A DNA stretch of 25,831 nucleotides from Acidimicrobiales bacterium (GCA_038235385.1 JBBSTY010000048.1:1-25831), one strand, 5' to 3'. Numbered from the stretch's first letter, positions 1-9,016 are shown. Notes: generated from the letters alone by a model not told the origin. A program made the numbers and translations.

Positions 1-399
1 CGCAGCATCGGCCGGTGGTACCGCCGCTTGGACAAGCCGCCGTTCCAACCGCCGCCGAAGGTGTTCGCTCCCGTGTGGACCGTCCTGTACGCCACCATCG
101 CCGGTTCGGGGTATCGGGTGTGGGCCGCCCCCGAGCATCCGATGCGTCGGCCCGCCCTGGCGCTGTGGGCGGTGCAGCTGGCGGCGAACGCGGCGTGGAC
201 GCCCGCGTTCTTCGGTGCCCGGAGGCCGAAGGTGGCCATGGGCGTGCTCGTCACCCAACTGGCGGCCACGGCGGGCTACACCGCGCTGTCGGCCCAGGTC
301 GATCGGACGGCATCAGGCCTGATGGCCCCGTACCTGGCGTGGACGAGCTTCGCCGGCGCCCTCAACGAGGAGATCGTGCGCCGCAACCCCGACGTGTGA
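1..399 (+). CDS. tspO: TspO/MBR tryptophan-rich sensory protein, 5'-partial (reading frame open from base 1; ORF track starts at TTG 28)
   Basis: Frame-1 translation from base 1 reads RSIGRWYRRLDKPPFQPPPKVFAPVWTVLYATIAGSGYRVW. This matches the TspO N-terminal signature (W-Y-x-x-L-x-K-P-x-x-x-P-P ... VW..LY). Trp-rich hydrophobic segments continue to the stop at 397-399. Only about 133 aa lie in the window, so the gene probably starts upstream. Confidence 0.75.
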   Translation, partial: RSIGRWYRRLDKPPFQPPPKVFAPVWTVLYATIAGSGYRVWAAPEHPMRRPALALWAVQLAANAAWTPAFFGARRPKVAMGVLVTQLAATAGYTALSAQVDRTASGLMAPYLAWTSFAGALNEEIVRRNPDV

Positions 400-483
400 C
401 CCAGGAGCGCAACGACCAACGGCCGATCACCGCCCTGCGTTCGGCGTCGGGGTTACGGTGACGCCGAGAGGTGGAGGTGGCCC

Positions 484-1038
484 ATGGCGACGGTTGATGT
501 TCGAGTCGACGACTTCGAGGACGGCGCGCTGCCCCGCATCTGCGCGGCGAGCGGCGTTGCCGCCGACCGCCCCTACGGGATGCGGGCCTGCTATCGACCG
601 TCGTGGCCGGTCATCTTCATCCTGTTGGGTCCCCTCGGCTGGCTGATCATGTTGGTCGTGGCGGCGGGCACCGAACGTCGCGTCGACGGATCGCTCCCGT
701 TCGCCGACACGGCCTACGACCGGACGCGTTCGGCGCGCCGATCGGCGCTGATCCACCTCGGCGAGGTGGTGGTGCTCACCGTCGGGTTCCTCGTGCTCTT
801 CGGGTGGCTCGGCTCCGGCCGCTCACAGGTCGGCGCACTCGTGGTCGGCCTCGTCGTGGGTGGCGCCTGCGCCGTCCGGGCTTCGCAGCCCCCGGGTTCG
901 GTCGCCGTCAAGCTCTCGCGCAACCAGCGCCACGTCACGCTCCGAGACGTGGCGCCGGAGTTCGCCGCGGCGTATGCCGACCAGGAGGCGCGACGAGTCG
1001 CTCGTCGTCTCGCCGACCCCAGCGATCTCCGGTACTGA
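484..1038 (+). CDS. hypothetical membrane protein (184 aa, 2-3 predicted TM helices)
   Basis: ATG 484 is preceded by GGAGGTGG five nt upstream. Hydrophobic stretches WPVIFILLGPLGWLIMLVVAAG and VVVLTVGFLVLFGWLG look like TM helices. I recognise no domain. Confidence 0.55.
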   Translation: MATVDVRVDDFEDGALPRICAASGVAADRPYGMRACYRPSWPVIFILLGPLGWLIMLVVAAGTERRVDGSLPFADTAYDRTRSARRSALIHLGEVVVLTVGFLVLFGWLGSGRSQVGALVVGLVVGGACAVRASQPPGSVAVKLSRNQRHVTLRDVAPEFAAAYADQEARRVARRLADPSDLRY

Positions 1039-1067
1039 CACGCGGCGCGGAACGGAACGGAACGGCG

Positions 1068-1098
1068 CCGGCCCGCCATGGGGTTCAGGGCGGGCCGG
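1068..1098. terminator. perfect 10-bp GC-rich stem-loop (CCGGCCCGCC-atggggttcag-GGCGGGCCGG) in a convergent intergenic gap
   Basis: Read directly from the sequence. It lies between the stop of the + membrane gene (1038) and the stop of the - acyl-CoA dehydrogenase (1166). There is no U-tract, as is common in high-GC actinobacteria. Confidence 0.4.
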
Positions 1099-1165
1099 AC
1101 CGGCCGGCGACCGATGTGGATCAGCCGATCGGGTTGATCACGTGATCGAGATCAGTTGATGGAGA

Positions 1166-3322
1166 TCAGTTGATCAGGGGATCGCGGGGGAGGCCGAGGA
1201 TGCGCTCGCCGATCTGGTTGCGCTTGATCTCCGAGGTGCCACCCGCGATGGACAGCGCCCGGTGCATGAGCACGAGCATGCCCGACACCGCCGCGGGGCC
1301 GTCGAGGAAGGCGCCGTCGGGGCCCGAGAGCTCGTTGAGGATGTCGGCGGCATCGTGGCCGAGCTCGGAGAGCACGAGCTTGGTGACCGCACCTTCGGGT
1401 CCGGGGTCGCCCCCGGCGACCGAGCGGTTGATGCTGCGCAGGTTGAGCAGACCCATGGCCTGGATGCCGGCGGCGTAGCGACCGACGCGTGCGGCGCCGC
1501 CGTCGAGCCGGTCGGGGTGGGCGTCGAAGGGTTCGATCATCATGGCGGCCGGCAGCGACATGCCGCCATCGCCGCCGCCGATGCTCACGCTCTCGTTGCC
1601 GAGGGTGGCGCGTGCGACGGTCCAGCCGCCGTCGACGGGCCCGACCACGTCGTCGTCGGGCACGAACACGTCGCTGAAGAACACCTCGTTGAACTCGGAC
1701 CCGCCCGACGGCATCCGCAGCGGTCGGACCTCGACCCCGTCGGCGTGCATGTCGATCACCATGGTGGTGATGCCGTCGTGCTTCTTGACGTCGGGGTTGG
1801 TGCGCACGGTGGCCAGACCGAACCCGGCGACGTGGGCGCCCGAGGTCCAGACCTTCTGTCCGTTGACGAGCCAGCCTCCGTCGACGCGGGTGGCCTTGGT
1901 GGTGACGCCCGCCGCGTCCGAACCCGCGTCGGGCTCACTGAAGAGCTGGCACCAGATGACCTCTTGGGTGAGCGCCGAACGAACCCAACGGGCTACCTGA
2001 TCCTCGGTGGCGTGCTGGACGAGGGTGAGGATCACCCATCCGGTGATGCTGTAGCTGGGTCGGGAGATGCCGGCTGCCGCGAACTCCTGCTCGATCACCA
2101 GCTGCTCGATCGCGCCGGCGCCCCGGCCCCACGGCTCGGGCCAGTGCGGCATCACGTACCCCGTGTCGATGAGCGCCATCTTCTGGGCCTCGGGATCGAG
2201 CGGGGCGGTCTCGCCGGCGAACCGACGGATCTCGTCGCGGAGCGACTCGGCCTCGGGCGGGAGGTCCACGGTGCGCTCGCGCGTGACGCCCGAGCGAACG
2301 AGGTCGGTGATGTCGGCGGCGGCGGCCTTGGCGTCGATGACGGCCTCCAGGGCGGTGGCCCGGCGCAGGAGGAGGTGGGCGTCGTGCTCCCAGGTGAACC
2401 CGATGCCGCCGTGCACCTGGATGTTGAGGTTGGCGCAGAGATCGGCGGCGGGCATGGCGAGCGTGGCGGCGACGGCCGCGGCGTAGGCGAACTGGTCGCC
2501 GCGGTCATCGGCGGCACGAGCCGCGTCCCACACCGCAGCCGTGGCCAGCTCGGTGGCCACGAGCATGTTGGCGCAGTGGTGCTTGACGGCTTGGAACGTG
2601 GCGATGGTGCGGCCGAACTGCTTGCGCACCTTCGCGTACTCGGCGGCCTGGTGGGTGCATTCGCGGGCGATGCCGGTGGCCTCGGCCGCGAACAGCGTGC
2701 GGGCGTGGGCGAGCAGGGTGGATGCGGCTCCCGTGAGCACGGTGGCGGGCACCGCGTCGAGCGTGACCCGGGACGAGGTGCGGGTCGGGTCGATGTTGGT
2801 GGGCGTGTCGATGGCGACGCCGGCACCACGTGCATCGATGATGGCGACGTCGTCGCCCGAGGTCACCACCAACAGGTCGGCGAGGGTGGCGCCGAGCACC
2901 ACGCCGGCGGAGCCGTGGGCGCTCCCGTCGCGGATCTCCACCGCGCCACCCAGTGCGACGGCCGCGGTGACCGAACCGTCGGCCAGGCCGGGGAGGTGCC
3001 GTGTCCGGACGTCGTCGTCGGCGGTCGCGGCGATGGTGGCGCTGGCGATCACGGTGGGCACGAACGGTCCGGGTGCGATGGCGCGTCCGAGCTCCTCGAC
3101 GACGACGACGAGCTCCGGGAACCCGAAGCCCGACCCACCGTGCTCCTCGGCGATGTGCAACCCGAGCCAACCCAGCCCGGCGAGGTCGTCCCAGAACGGC
3201 GGCCTTCCCTCGGCGGCGCCGTCGAGCAGCTCGCGTGCCGCGGCCCGTGAGCCGCGCTTGGTGAGGAAGTCCGACGCGGTGTCGGCGAGGGAACGGTGGT
3301 CTTCGGTGATGGCGATCGACAT
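1166..3322 (-). CDS. acyl-CoA dehydrogenase with two tandem ACAD modules in one chain (719 aa); ORF track extends to 3496 but likely start is ATG 3320-3322
   Basis: The second half (PLDPEAQKMALIDTGYVMPHWPEPWG...WCQLFSEPDAGSDAAGVTT...GQKVWTSGA...) has the canonical ACAD N, middle and C domains. The first half (MSIAITEDHRSLADTASDFL...) is a second, more divergent ACAD-like module. MSIAITE is preceded on the minus strand by GTGGAGG about 9 nt upstream. The 58-aa N-terminal extension in the ORF track (MRRPPPHVRVL...) is Arg/Pro-rich junk. Confidence 0.85.
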   Translation of the reverse strand: MSIAITEDHRSLADTASDFLTKRGSRAAARELLDGAAEGRPPFWDDLAGLGWLGLHIAEEHGGSGFGFPELVVVVEELGRAIAPGPFVPTVIASATIAATADDDVRTRHLPGLADGSVTAAVALGGAVEIRDGSAHGSAGVVLGATLADLLVVTSGDDVAIIDARGAGVAIDTPTNIDPTRTSSRVTLDAVPATVLTGAASTLLAHARTLFAAEATGIARECTHQAAEYAKVRKQFGRTIATFQAVKHHCANMLVATELATAAVWDAARAADDRGDQFAYAAAVAATLAMPAADLCANLNIQVHGGIGFTWEHDAHLLLRRATALEAVIDAKAAAADITDLVRSGVTRERTVDLPPEAESLRDEIRRFAGETAPLDPEAQKMALIDTGYVMPHWPEPWGRGAGAIEQLVIEQEFAAAGISRPSYSITGWVILTLVQHATEDQVARWVRSALTQEVIWCQLFSEPDAGSDAAGVTTKATRVDGGWLVNGQKVWTSGAHVAGFGLATVRTNPDVKKHDGITTMVIDMHADGVEVRPLRMPSGGSEFNEVFFSDVFVPDDDVVGPVDGGWTVARATLGNESVSIGGGDGGMSLPAAMMIEPFDAHPDRLDGGAARVGRYAAGIQAMGLLNLRSINRSVAGGDPGPEGAVTKLVLSELGHDAADILNELSGPDGAFLDGPAAVSGMLVLMHRALSIAGGTSEIKRNQIGERILGLPRDPLIN

Positions 3323-3475
3323 CGGTGCGGGGCCTCCACGGCAGATGAGGTGGGTCCGCCTCTCGTCGAGATGGCGGCGGGGGTGGCGGGGTCCGTGCGA
3401 ACCCGTCCGGGCGCGCCACGGTAGGTCAGCCGCGTACGGATCGCCCGACCGGAGCCCCGAGATCAGAACCCGAAC

Positions 3476-4360
3476 GTGCGGCGGTGGACGCCGCATGGAG
3501 GGCTCACCGCCGCAATTTCGGATGAGATGCCGCCGGTCGACGCGGGCGCGCCATCATGGGGCATGGCTGATGAGGATCGAGCGTCGAGCGGGGGACGCCG
3601 GGACGAGGTCCGGGCGGATCCGGCCGAGGTGGCCGCGCTCGGGACCTACCTGGACCTGGCGCGGGAGATCAAGCGGGAGGTCGAGCGGATCGCCACCGAC
3701 GATGCGGCCGATGTGCAGCAGCTCGTCGACGCCATCGACCAGTTCTCGGTCGCGGAGCGGCGGGCGGTGACCTCGAAGGTCTTCGAGCGACTGCCGTCCG
3801 ACGTGCAGTGGGCGATCCTCGAGCGCGTCTTCGACGACGACGAGCTGCGCACCTACCTCGTCGACGAACACGAACGCCGAGCTGCCCGCTCGGGTCGGTC
3901 GGGAGCCCGGATGGCGCTGGCGGAGGCGGCGGGGGCGGCGCGCCGCCTCGACACGACCGAGATCGCCGACGGCGACCAGGTGGCCGTGGGCCTGTTCCGG
4001 GAGTCCGACGTCCGCGCCGCGATCGCCCGGGGCAGCCGGTCCGACGCCTGTACGCGGCGCCTGGTGCTGCGCCGCGACGGTGACGCCTTCCGCGTGATCG
4101 AGGATGTGTTCAACCCCCGGGGCGGGTACTTCGTCACCGCCGAGTACGACCGCGCCGCCTGGGTGGTCGACCGGTTCGAGTCGCACCAGACGATCAGCAT
4201 CGGCGCGGCCGTCGACGGCGCGGACGGAGCTGCGTTCGAGCCGGTCGTCTACGCGGGTGGCCGCCTCGATTTTCTTCACGACGGTGCGGTTCTCCGCGGC
4301 CGACTTCACCTGGGTTTCGTTATGTTGGAGGACATCGACGTCTTTGCCGGCCAGCGCTGA
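3476..4360 (+). CDS. hypothetical protein (orphan; start uncertain, alternatives ATG 3527 or 3563)
   Basis: Long ORF with coding-like composition (acidic/Ala-rich, high GC3) and no recognisable motif. It is transcribed divergently from the acyl-CoA dehydrogenase and ends 61 bp before the flotillin gene. Confidence 0.45.
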   Translation: MRRWTPHGGLTAAISDEMPPVDAGAPSWGMADEDRASSGGRRDEVRADPAEVAALGTYLDLAREIKREVERIATDDAADVQQLVDAIDQFSVAERRAVTSKVFERLPSDVQWAILERVFDDDELRTYLVDEHERRAARSGRSGARMALAEAAGAARRLDTTEIADGDQVAVGLFRESDVRAAIARGSRSDACTRRLVLRRDGDAFRVIEDVFNPRGGYFVTAEYDRAAWVVDRFESHQTISIGAAVDGADGAAFEPVVYAGGRLDFLHDGAVLRGRLHLGFVMLEDIDVFAGQR

Positions 4361-4421
4361 CCTGCAGAGCGCCAGGGACACCGGATTGCCCGGTGCCCGT
4401 TCCTGAAAGGCGTCACCACCG

Positions 4422-6464
4422 ATGGATGTCACGCTGGCCGCTGCGGTCGCTGTCCTCGTCGTCGCACTCGCTGTCGTGCTCGTCGCGCTCCGCAGCTCAC
4501 ACACCGTCGGCCCGTCCGAGGTCGGGCTCGTCACCAAGCGGATCGGGAAGAAGTCGCAGGGCGAATCACTCGTCGCCCTCCATGGCGAGGCCGGGTACCA
4601 GGCCGACCTGCTGATGCCCGGCCTCCGCTTCAAGTTGTGGCCCGTCTACCGCGTCGAGCGCTACCCATGGGTCCAGGTCCCGCCCGGCCACATCGGTCTC
4701 GTGATCGCCCAGGTCGGCGCGGCGTTGCCCACCGGGGCCAAGTCGGCCATCTACCGGCCCGAGTTCGGGAGCTTCTCCGACATCCGCACGTTCCTCGCCG
4801 ACGGCGGCCAGCGCGGCGTGCAACGCCCGGTGCTCCCGCCGGGCACCACGGCACCGATCCACCCGGTCGGCTTCATCGTGCTCACGAGCGCCGCGACCTT
4901 CGGCAAGGTCGTGTCCGACGCCACCGACGCCGCCATCGACCAGGTCGATCCCAACGTGCTCACGGTCGTGCACATCACCCCCCAGGGCGATCGGGACGTG
5001 GTCGGCGTGGTCACCACCCTCGAAGGTCCGCCGTCGGGCGACATCGCCAGCCGCATCGGTGGCTTCGCCGATGTCACGGCCATGGAGGCCACCGAGAACG
5101 GCTCGGCCGTCCGGGTGATCCAAGCGGTGCTGCGCTCGAAGAACGATCTGCACGACAACTACCAGGACTACCAGGCGTTCCTCGCCAACGGCGGGTGCAT
5201 CGGCCTCCAGCACGACCCACTGCTGTACGGCTCGTACCTCCTGAACCCCTTCCTCGTGCGGGTGGAGCTGCGCGAGATGCTCGTGGTGCGCCAGGGCGAG
5301 GTCGCGGTCATCAAGTCCTACGTCGGTCTCCCCACCGAGGACACGTCGGGCGAGGAGTTCAAGTTCGGGTCGATCGTCGCTCCTGGTCACCAGGGCATCT
5401 GGTCCGAGCCGTTGCGCACCGGCAAGTACACCCTCAACCCGCGCATCTACGAGGCCGAGATCGTCCCCACCTCGATCCTCACGCTGAACTGGTCCCACGC
5501 CACCAGCGAGGCCCACAGCCTCGACGCCCGGCTGGCGCCGATCGATGCCAAGAGCAAGGAGGCGTTCGCGTTCAGCATCGACCTGCAGGTGCAGATCCAC
5601 GTGCCCGACACCCGGGCGCCGAAGGTCATCAGCATGGTGGGCACCATGGCGAACCTGGTGAACGAGGTGCTCCAGTCGGCCGTCGGCAACTACTTCCGCA
5701 ACAAGCTCCAGACCCTCGGTGCCACCGAGTTCATCGAGAAGCGTGACGAGGTGCAGAGCGCCGCGGAGCAGTACATCCAGAGCTACCTCTCGCGCTACGA
5801 GGTCGAGACTCGCGGCGTCTACATCCAGGATGTGATCTTCCCAGCCGACCTGGTCGAGGTGCTCACCAGTCGGGAGATCGCCGCCCAGGAGCGCGCCACC
5901 TTCGCCCAGCAGCGCGAAGCCCAGGAGGCCCGCGTGAGCCTCGAGCAGCAGCGCGGTGTCGCCGACATGCAGGCGGAGCTGGCCCAGGCCAACGTCTCGG
6001 TCGACATCGAGAAGTCCCGCGCCTCGGCCGCCAGTGCACGAGCCGAAGGCGAGGCGGCGGTCATCACCACCACGGGCAACGCCGAGGCCACCCGCACCGA
6101 GGCGATCGGTCAGGCCACGGCGGCCGCCGAGCAGGCACTCGGGCTGGCACGGGCCAAGGGCTTCGACGCCCAGCGGCACGCGATCGGTGCCGAGCAGACA
6201 GCGCTCGTCGCCGCCCTGCGCGAGGTCGGGACCGGGCACATCAAGATCGTGCCCGACATCCAGGTGAGCTCCGAAGGCGGGGGCATCCTCGGCGGCGTGG
6301 GTGCCCTCCTGATGCGCAACCTGGCGGCGGACGCCAACGGCCGCTCCTCTGCCGGAGCCAGCCTGCCCGGCAACGAGGTGAACGGCGCTCCGGAGCCCCC
6401 CGCAGCGCCGGAGCCCGTCCCGGCGACGGCGGACGGCGGCGCCGGCCGCTCCGAGTCGACCTGA
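4422..6464 (+). CDS. flotillin-like SPFH/band-7 domain protein (680 aa)
   Basis: It has an N-terminal TM anchor (LAAAVAVLVVALAVVLVAL), then an SPFH-like region. A long Ala/Glu/Gln-rich coiled-coil follows (REIAAQERATFAQQREAQEARVSLEQQRGVADMQAELAQANV...AEATRTEAIGQATAAAEQALGLARAKG). This matches bacterial flotillin (YqiK/FloT) architecture. The tail is Pro/Ala-rich. Confidence 0.8.
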   Translation: MDVTLAAAVAVLVVALAVVLVALRSSHTVGPSEVGLVTKRIGKKSQGESLVALHGEAGYQADLLMPGLRFKLWPVYRVERYPWVQVPPGHIGLVIAQVGAALPTGAKSAIYRPEFGSFSDIRTFLADGGQRGVQRPVLPPGTTAPIHPVGFIVLTSAATFGKVVSDATDAAIDQVDPNVLTVVHITPQGDRDVVGVVTTLEGPPSGDIASRIGGFADVTAMEATENGSAVRVIQAVLRSKNDLHDNYQDYQAFLANGGCIGLQHDPLLYGSYLLNPFLVRVELREMLVVRQGEVAVIKSYVGLPTEDTSGEEFKFGSIVAPGHQGIWSEPLRTGKYTLNPRIYEAEIVPTSILTLNWSHATSEAHSLDARLAPIDAKSKEAFAFSIDLQVQIHVPDTRAPKVISMVGTMANLVNEVLQSAVGNYFRNKLQTLGATEFIEKRDEVQSAAEQYIQSYLSRYEVETRGVYIQDVIFPADLVEVLTSREIAAQERATFAQQREAQEARVSLEQQRGVADMQAELAQANVSVDIEKSRASAASARAEGEAAVITTTGNAEATRTEAIGQATAAAEQALGLARAKGFDAQRHAIGAEQTALVAALREVGTGHIKIVPDIQVSSEGGGILGGVGALLMRNLAADANGRSSAGASLPGNEVNGAPEPPAAPEPVPATADGGAGRSEST

Positions 6465-6468
6465 TCAC

Positions 6469-6494
6469 GTCGTGGTCGCGGTCGCGACCATGAC
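6469..6494. terminator. 12-bp stem hairpin (GTCGTGGTCGCG / CGCGACCATGAC, one G-U pair) between the convergent flotillin and 2OG-oxygenase genes
   Basis: Read directly from the sequence. It lies immediately after the flotillin stop (6464) and abuts the oxygenase stop (6495-6497). No U-tract. Confidence 0.35.
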
Positions 6495-7265
6495 TCATTC
6501 GGCGTCGTGGAAGATGAGGCCCAGGGTGGTGCGCCGGCCCGAGCGCACGGTGCTGACACCGTGGCGCGTCGGGGCGTTGGACCACCCCGACTGGGTCTGG
6601 GTCGGTCGGTCCCGGGTGGCGAACACCGTCGCGTGGCCACGAGGGATCACGGTGACGGTCGCCCGTGACTGCGCTCGGGGTCGTTGCTCGACCACGACGA
6701 GCTCGCCGCCGACGTAGTCGGTCTCGGGCCGATCGAGTCCGATCACGACCTGGATGGGGAACACCAGCTCGCCGTAGAGGTCGCGGTGCATGGCGTTCCA
6801 GTCGCCGGGCCCGTAGCGCAGCATCAACGGCGTGGGTCGGATCTGGCCGGCCTCGTGGCAGCGTTCGAGCCACTGCGCGAGCGAGTCGGGCCAGGGCGAG
6901 GGCTGGTCGCGCCGATCCGCCCACGTCCGGGCGATGGGCAGCAGGTGAGCCCAGAACGCGGCGCGCAGCTCCTGGACGATGGCGGGGAGCGGATGGTCGA
7001 AGTAGCGGTACTGACCCTGGCCGAAGCGGTGCTGGGCCATGTCGATCGTCGATCGGAACCGATCGTCGTCGTCGTAGATCTCGTTCAGCGCATCGCAATC
7101 GGGTGGGGTGAGCACCGGACCGACGGCGGCGACGCCGACCGCATCCAGATCATCGAGGACCGCTGACCAGTCGGCCGAGTCGACCCGCTCCGGCACGGTC
7201 GTCGCGGTGCCGGCCGGTGGGGTGGCGTCGGTTCGGTCCGATGGTTCGGTCATGGGAACGCCCAT
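6495..7265 (-). CDS. 2OG-Fe(II) oxygenase family protein (AlkB-/prolyl-hydroxylase-like), 256 aa; ORF track start 7382 rejected
   Basis: H-x-D motif in AMHRDLYGELVFP, a distal His in RHGVSTV, and R-x-T-L-G basic residues (RRTTLGLIFHDAE) are typical of a 2OG-binding jelly-roll. A strong SD (GGAGGAGG) sits on the minus strand 4 nt before ATG(MGVPMTEPSD) at 7263-7265. The further upstream extension is His/Arg-rich and has no RBS. Confidence 0.7.
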   Translation of the reverse strand: MGVPMTEPSDRTDATPPAGTATTVPERVDSADWSAVLDDLDAVGVAAVGPVLTPPDCDALNEIYDDDDRFRSTIDMAQHRFGQGQYRYFDHPLPAIVQELRAAFWAHLLPIARTWADRRDQPSPWPDSLAQWLERCHEAGQIRPTPLMLRYGPGDWNAMHRDLYGELVFPIQVVIGLDRPETDYVGGELVVVEQRPRAQSRATVTVIPRGHATVFATRDRPTQTQSGWSNAPTRHGVSTVRSGRRTTLGLIFHDAE

Positions 7266-7269
7266 GATG

Positions 7270-7277
7270 CCTCCTCC
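7270..7277 (-). promoter_or_regulatory. Shine-Dalgarno GGAGGAGG for the 2OG-oxygenase gene
   Basis: + strand reads CCTCCTCC immediately 3' of the CAT (ATG) at 7263-7265. Confidence 0.5.
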
Positions 7278-7489
7278 GACGCCGGGAACCAGCGTCGGTC
7301 CGGCCGCGCCGGGGACGCGCCGATGGCGTCGGTGTTCGGCTACCTGCCGCACGAGTTGGTGGGCACAAACATCTTCGAACACCCGCTCCGACGATCCCGA
7401 CGTCGGGGGGATGCTCGTCCACGTCCGGCGGTGGGACGAGACGCCGTCCTCGTGGAGGTCGCCCGCCGGCCGATCCGGGTCGCCGCCGG

Positions 7490-9016
7490 TCAGTGCGACA
7501 AGCGGTCGAGGAGGTTGCGGGTGATCTGTTCGACCTGGGCATCGCGCCCGGCGAGGCCGTGGGCCCAGTCGGTGGAGCCCGAGGTGACCACGGTGCCACC
7601 GCCGCGCGAGGTGTAGGTACCCAGCACGGCGTGGCCGTGGGCGATGCGAGCCGCGTCAGCGGGATCTCGGGAGTCGAACAGGCGCGACGCGATGAACTCG
7701 ATCTCCGATGGTGCGCTCGGCGCCGGCGGGCGTGGCGCGTTGGTGCGATCGAAGTGCTGGGTGGGGGCCGTGCCGAGGATCTCGAGGTCGGTCGGGGTGC
7801 CGTCGGCGCCCGTGGGGACGGGGAGGCCGTCGACGTAGGCCAGCTCGCACCCGTCGCACTCGTAGCCGACGGTGACCGCGTCGGCGCCGAGCACGTCGCC
7901 GTAGACGATGCCGGTGCCCTCGAAGAGCCAGTGGTCGGGGCGGTGAACCGTGTAGCCGCCGATCCCGTTGGCCACCACCTTGCCGATGCGGTGGTAGCCG
8001 CCGCGCGAGAAGCTCACACCGGTCATGTGGTTCTCGGGCCGTCCGATCAGGTGGTCGGACCAGATGCTCGTGAGCTCGGCGACACGATCGGTGTCGTACA
8101 CCGGATCCTGCTTGAAGAAGCCCTTGTAGCCGACCATCGTGGCGGCCGGCCCCTCCGGGGTCGGGTCCTCCAGGCGGACCTGCCAGAACGACGTGTTGCC
8201 GGACAGGAAGGCGGCGTTGCCGCCTCGTCCGATGAACCCCTCGACCGTGTCGCGCATGCCGGCTGACCAGTACTCGTCGTGGCCGACCGACAGGAACAGC
8301 CGGTAACCCGAGTCGGGGCCGAGCAGCTCGGGGTGGTCGGCCAGATCCGCGTTGGTGACCACGTCGACGGCGTAGCCCTCACGCTCGCACCAGGCCAGGA
8401 ACGGGAGCTCCCAATCGGGCCAGCCGGCCGAGCCGGCCCACGGTGAGAGCTTGTTGAGGCTGAGGTACCCCACGTGCGCGGCCATCTGGCGATCCGGCGC
8501 GTCGACGACGGTGACCCGGCGGCCCTTGCCCGGGGGCTTGGCCAGGTACCCGGGGCTCATCGGCCGTTGCAGCGACACGTGCGTACCGCCGTTGTAGAGG
8601 TTGCGTCCGCCGAAGTCGTTGTACGCGTGCCACGTGTTGGTGGACAGCGCCAACAGGACCGGCGCGGTCGGTGCGCCGGACGTGGGGCGCACCACGAAGA
8701 AGGCGTGGTTGCGGCGGATCTTGCCGTCGAGGTCGACCTCGAGCACGACCTCGTAGTAGCCCGACGGCCACGACGGGTCGACATCGATCGACGCGGCTGC
8801 TGGCCAATCGCACCCCGCCGCGGACGCATCGCCGGGCGTTTCGTGGAAGTCGGTGGCGACTGCCGGATCGGTGTGGACGACGGTGCGTGCCGCGCCGACC
8901 CGGGCGACCTCGACCGAGACCGGCCGCGCCCCGGGCGACGAGAGGTGCAGGGCGACCTGCTCGCCGGCCTCCACCGATTGCGGCCAGCAGTACCCCGTGA
9001 CGGTCTCGAATGCCAT
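7490..9016 (-). CDS. N,N-dimethylformamidase beta-subunit-like (DUF6605-type) family protein, 508 aa
   Basis: The N-terminus MAFETVTGYCWPQSVEAGEQVALHLSSPG resembles the DmfA2-type start (I-x-G-Y-x-D-x-x-S-V-x-x-G-E-x-I-x-F). Also present are PVLLALSTNTWHAYNDFGG and DWELPFLAWCEREGYAVDVVTNADL...LFLSVGHDEYWSAGMRD blocks, similar to dimethylformamidase-large-subunit homologues. Function is unknown. Confidence 0.7.
   Translation of the reverse strand: MAFETVTGYCWPQSVEAGEQVALHLSSPGARPVSVEVARVGAARTVVHTDPAVATDFHETPGDASAAGCDWPAAASIDVDPSWPSGYYEVVLEVDLDGKIRRNHAFFVVRPTSGAPTAPVLLALSTNTWHAYNDFGGRNLYNGGTHVSLQRPMSPGYLAKPPGKGRRVTVVDAPDRQMAAHVGYLSLNKLSPWAGSAGWPDWELPFLAWCEREGYAVDVVTNADLADHPELLGPDSGYRLFLSVGHDEYWSAGMRDTVEGFIGRGGNAAFLSGNTSFWQVRLEDPTPEGPAATMVGYKGFFKQDPVYDTDRVAELTSIWSDHLIGRPENHMTGVSFSRGGYHRIGKVVANGIGGYTVHRPDHWLFEGTGIVYGDVLGADAVTVGYECDGCELAYVDGLPVPTGADGTPTDLEILGTAPTQHFDRTNAPRPPAPSAPSEIEFIASRLFDSRDPADAARIAHGHAVLGTYTSRGGGTVVTSGSTDWAHGLAGRDAQVEQITRNLLDRLSH

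Noticed and set aside
1262-3250. 662-aa + strand ORF and several 100-400-aa ORFs overlapping the acyl-CoA dehydrogenase (e.g. 2505-3419, 2541-3770)
   Set aside because: These are antisense or out-of-frame shadows of a strongly supported ACAD gene. Their products are homopolymeric Arg/Gly/His/Pro.
4566-6239. 557-aa minus-strand ORF inside the flotillin gene
   Set aside because: Antisense shadow. The flotillin frame has clear SPFH and coiled-coil features, and this one has none.
6495-7382. Longer (295-aa) version of the 2OG-oxygenase starting at 7382
   Set aside because: The extension is His/Arg-rich with no RBS, while an internal ATG at 7265 has a textbook GGAGGAGG SD.
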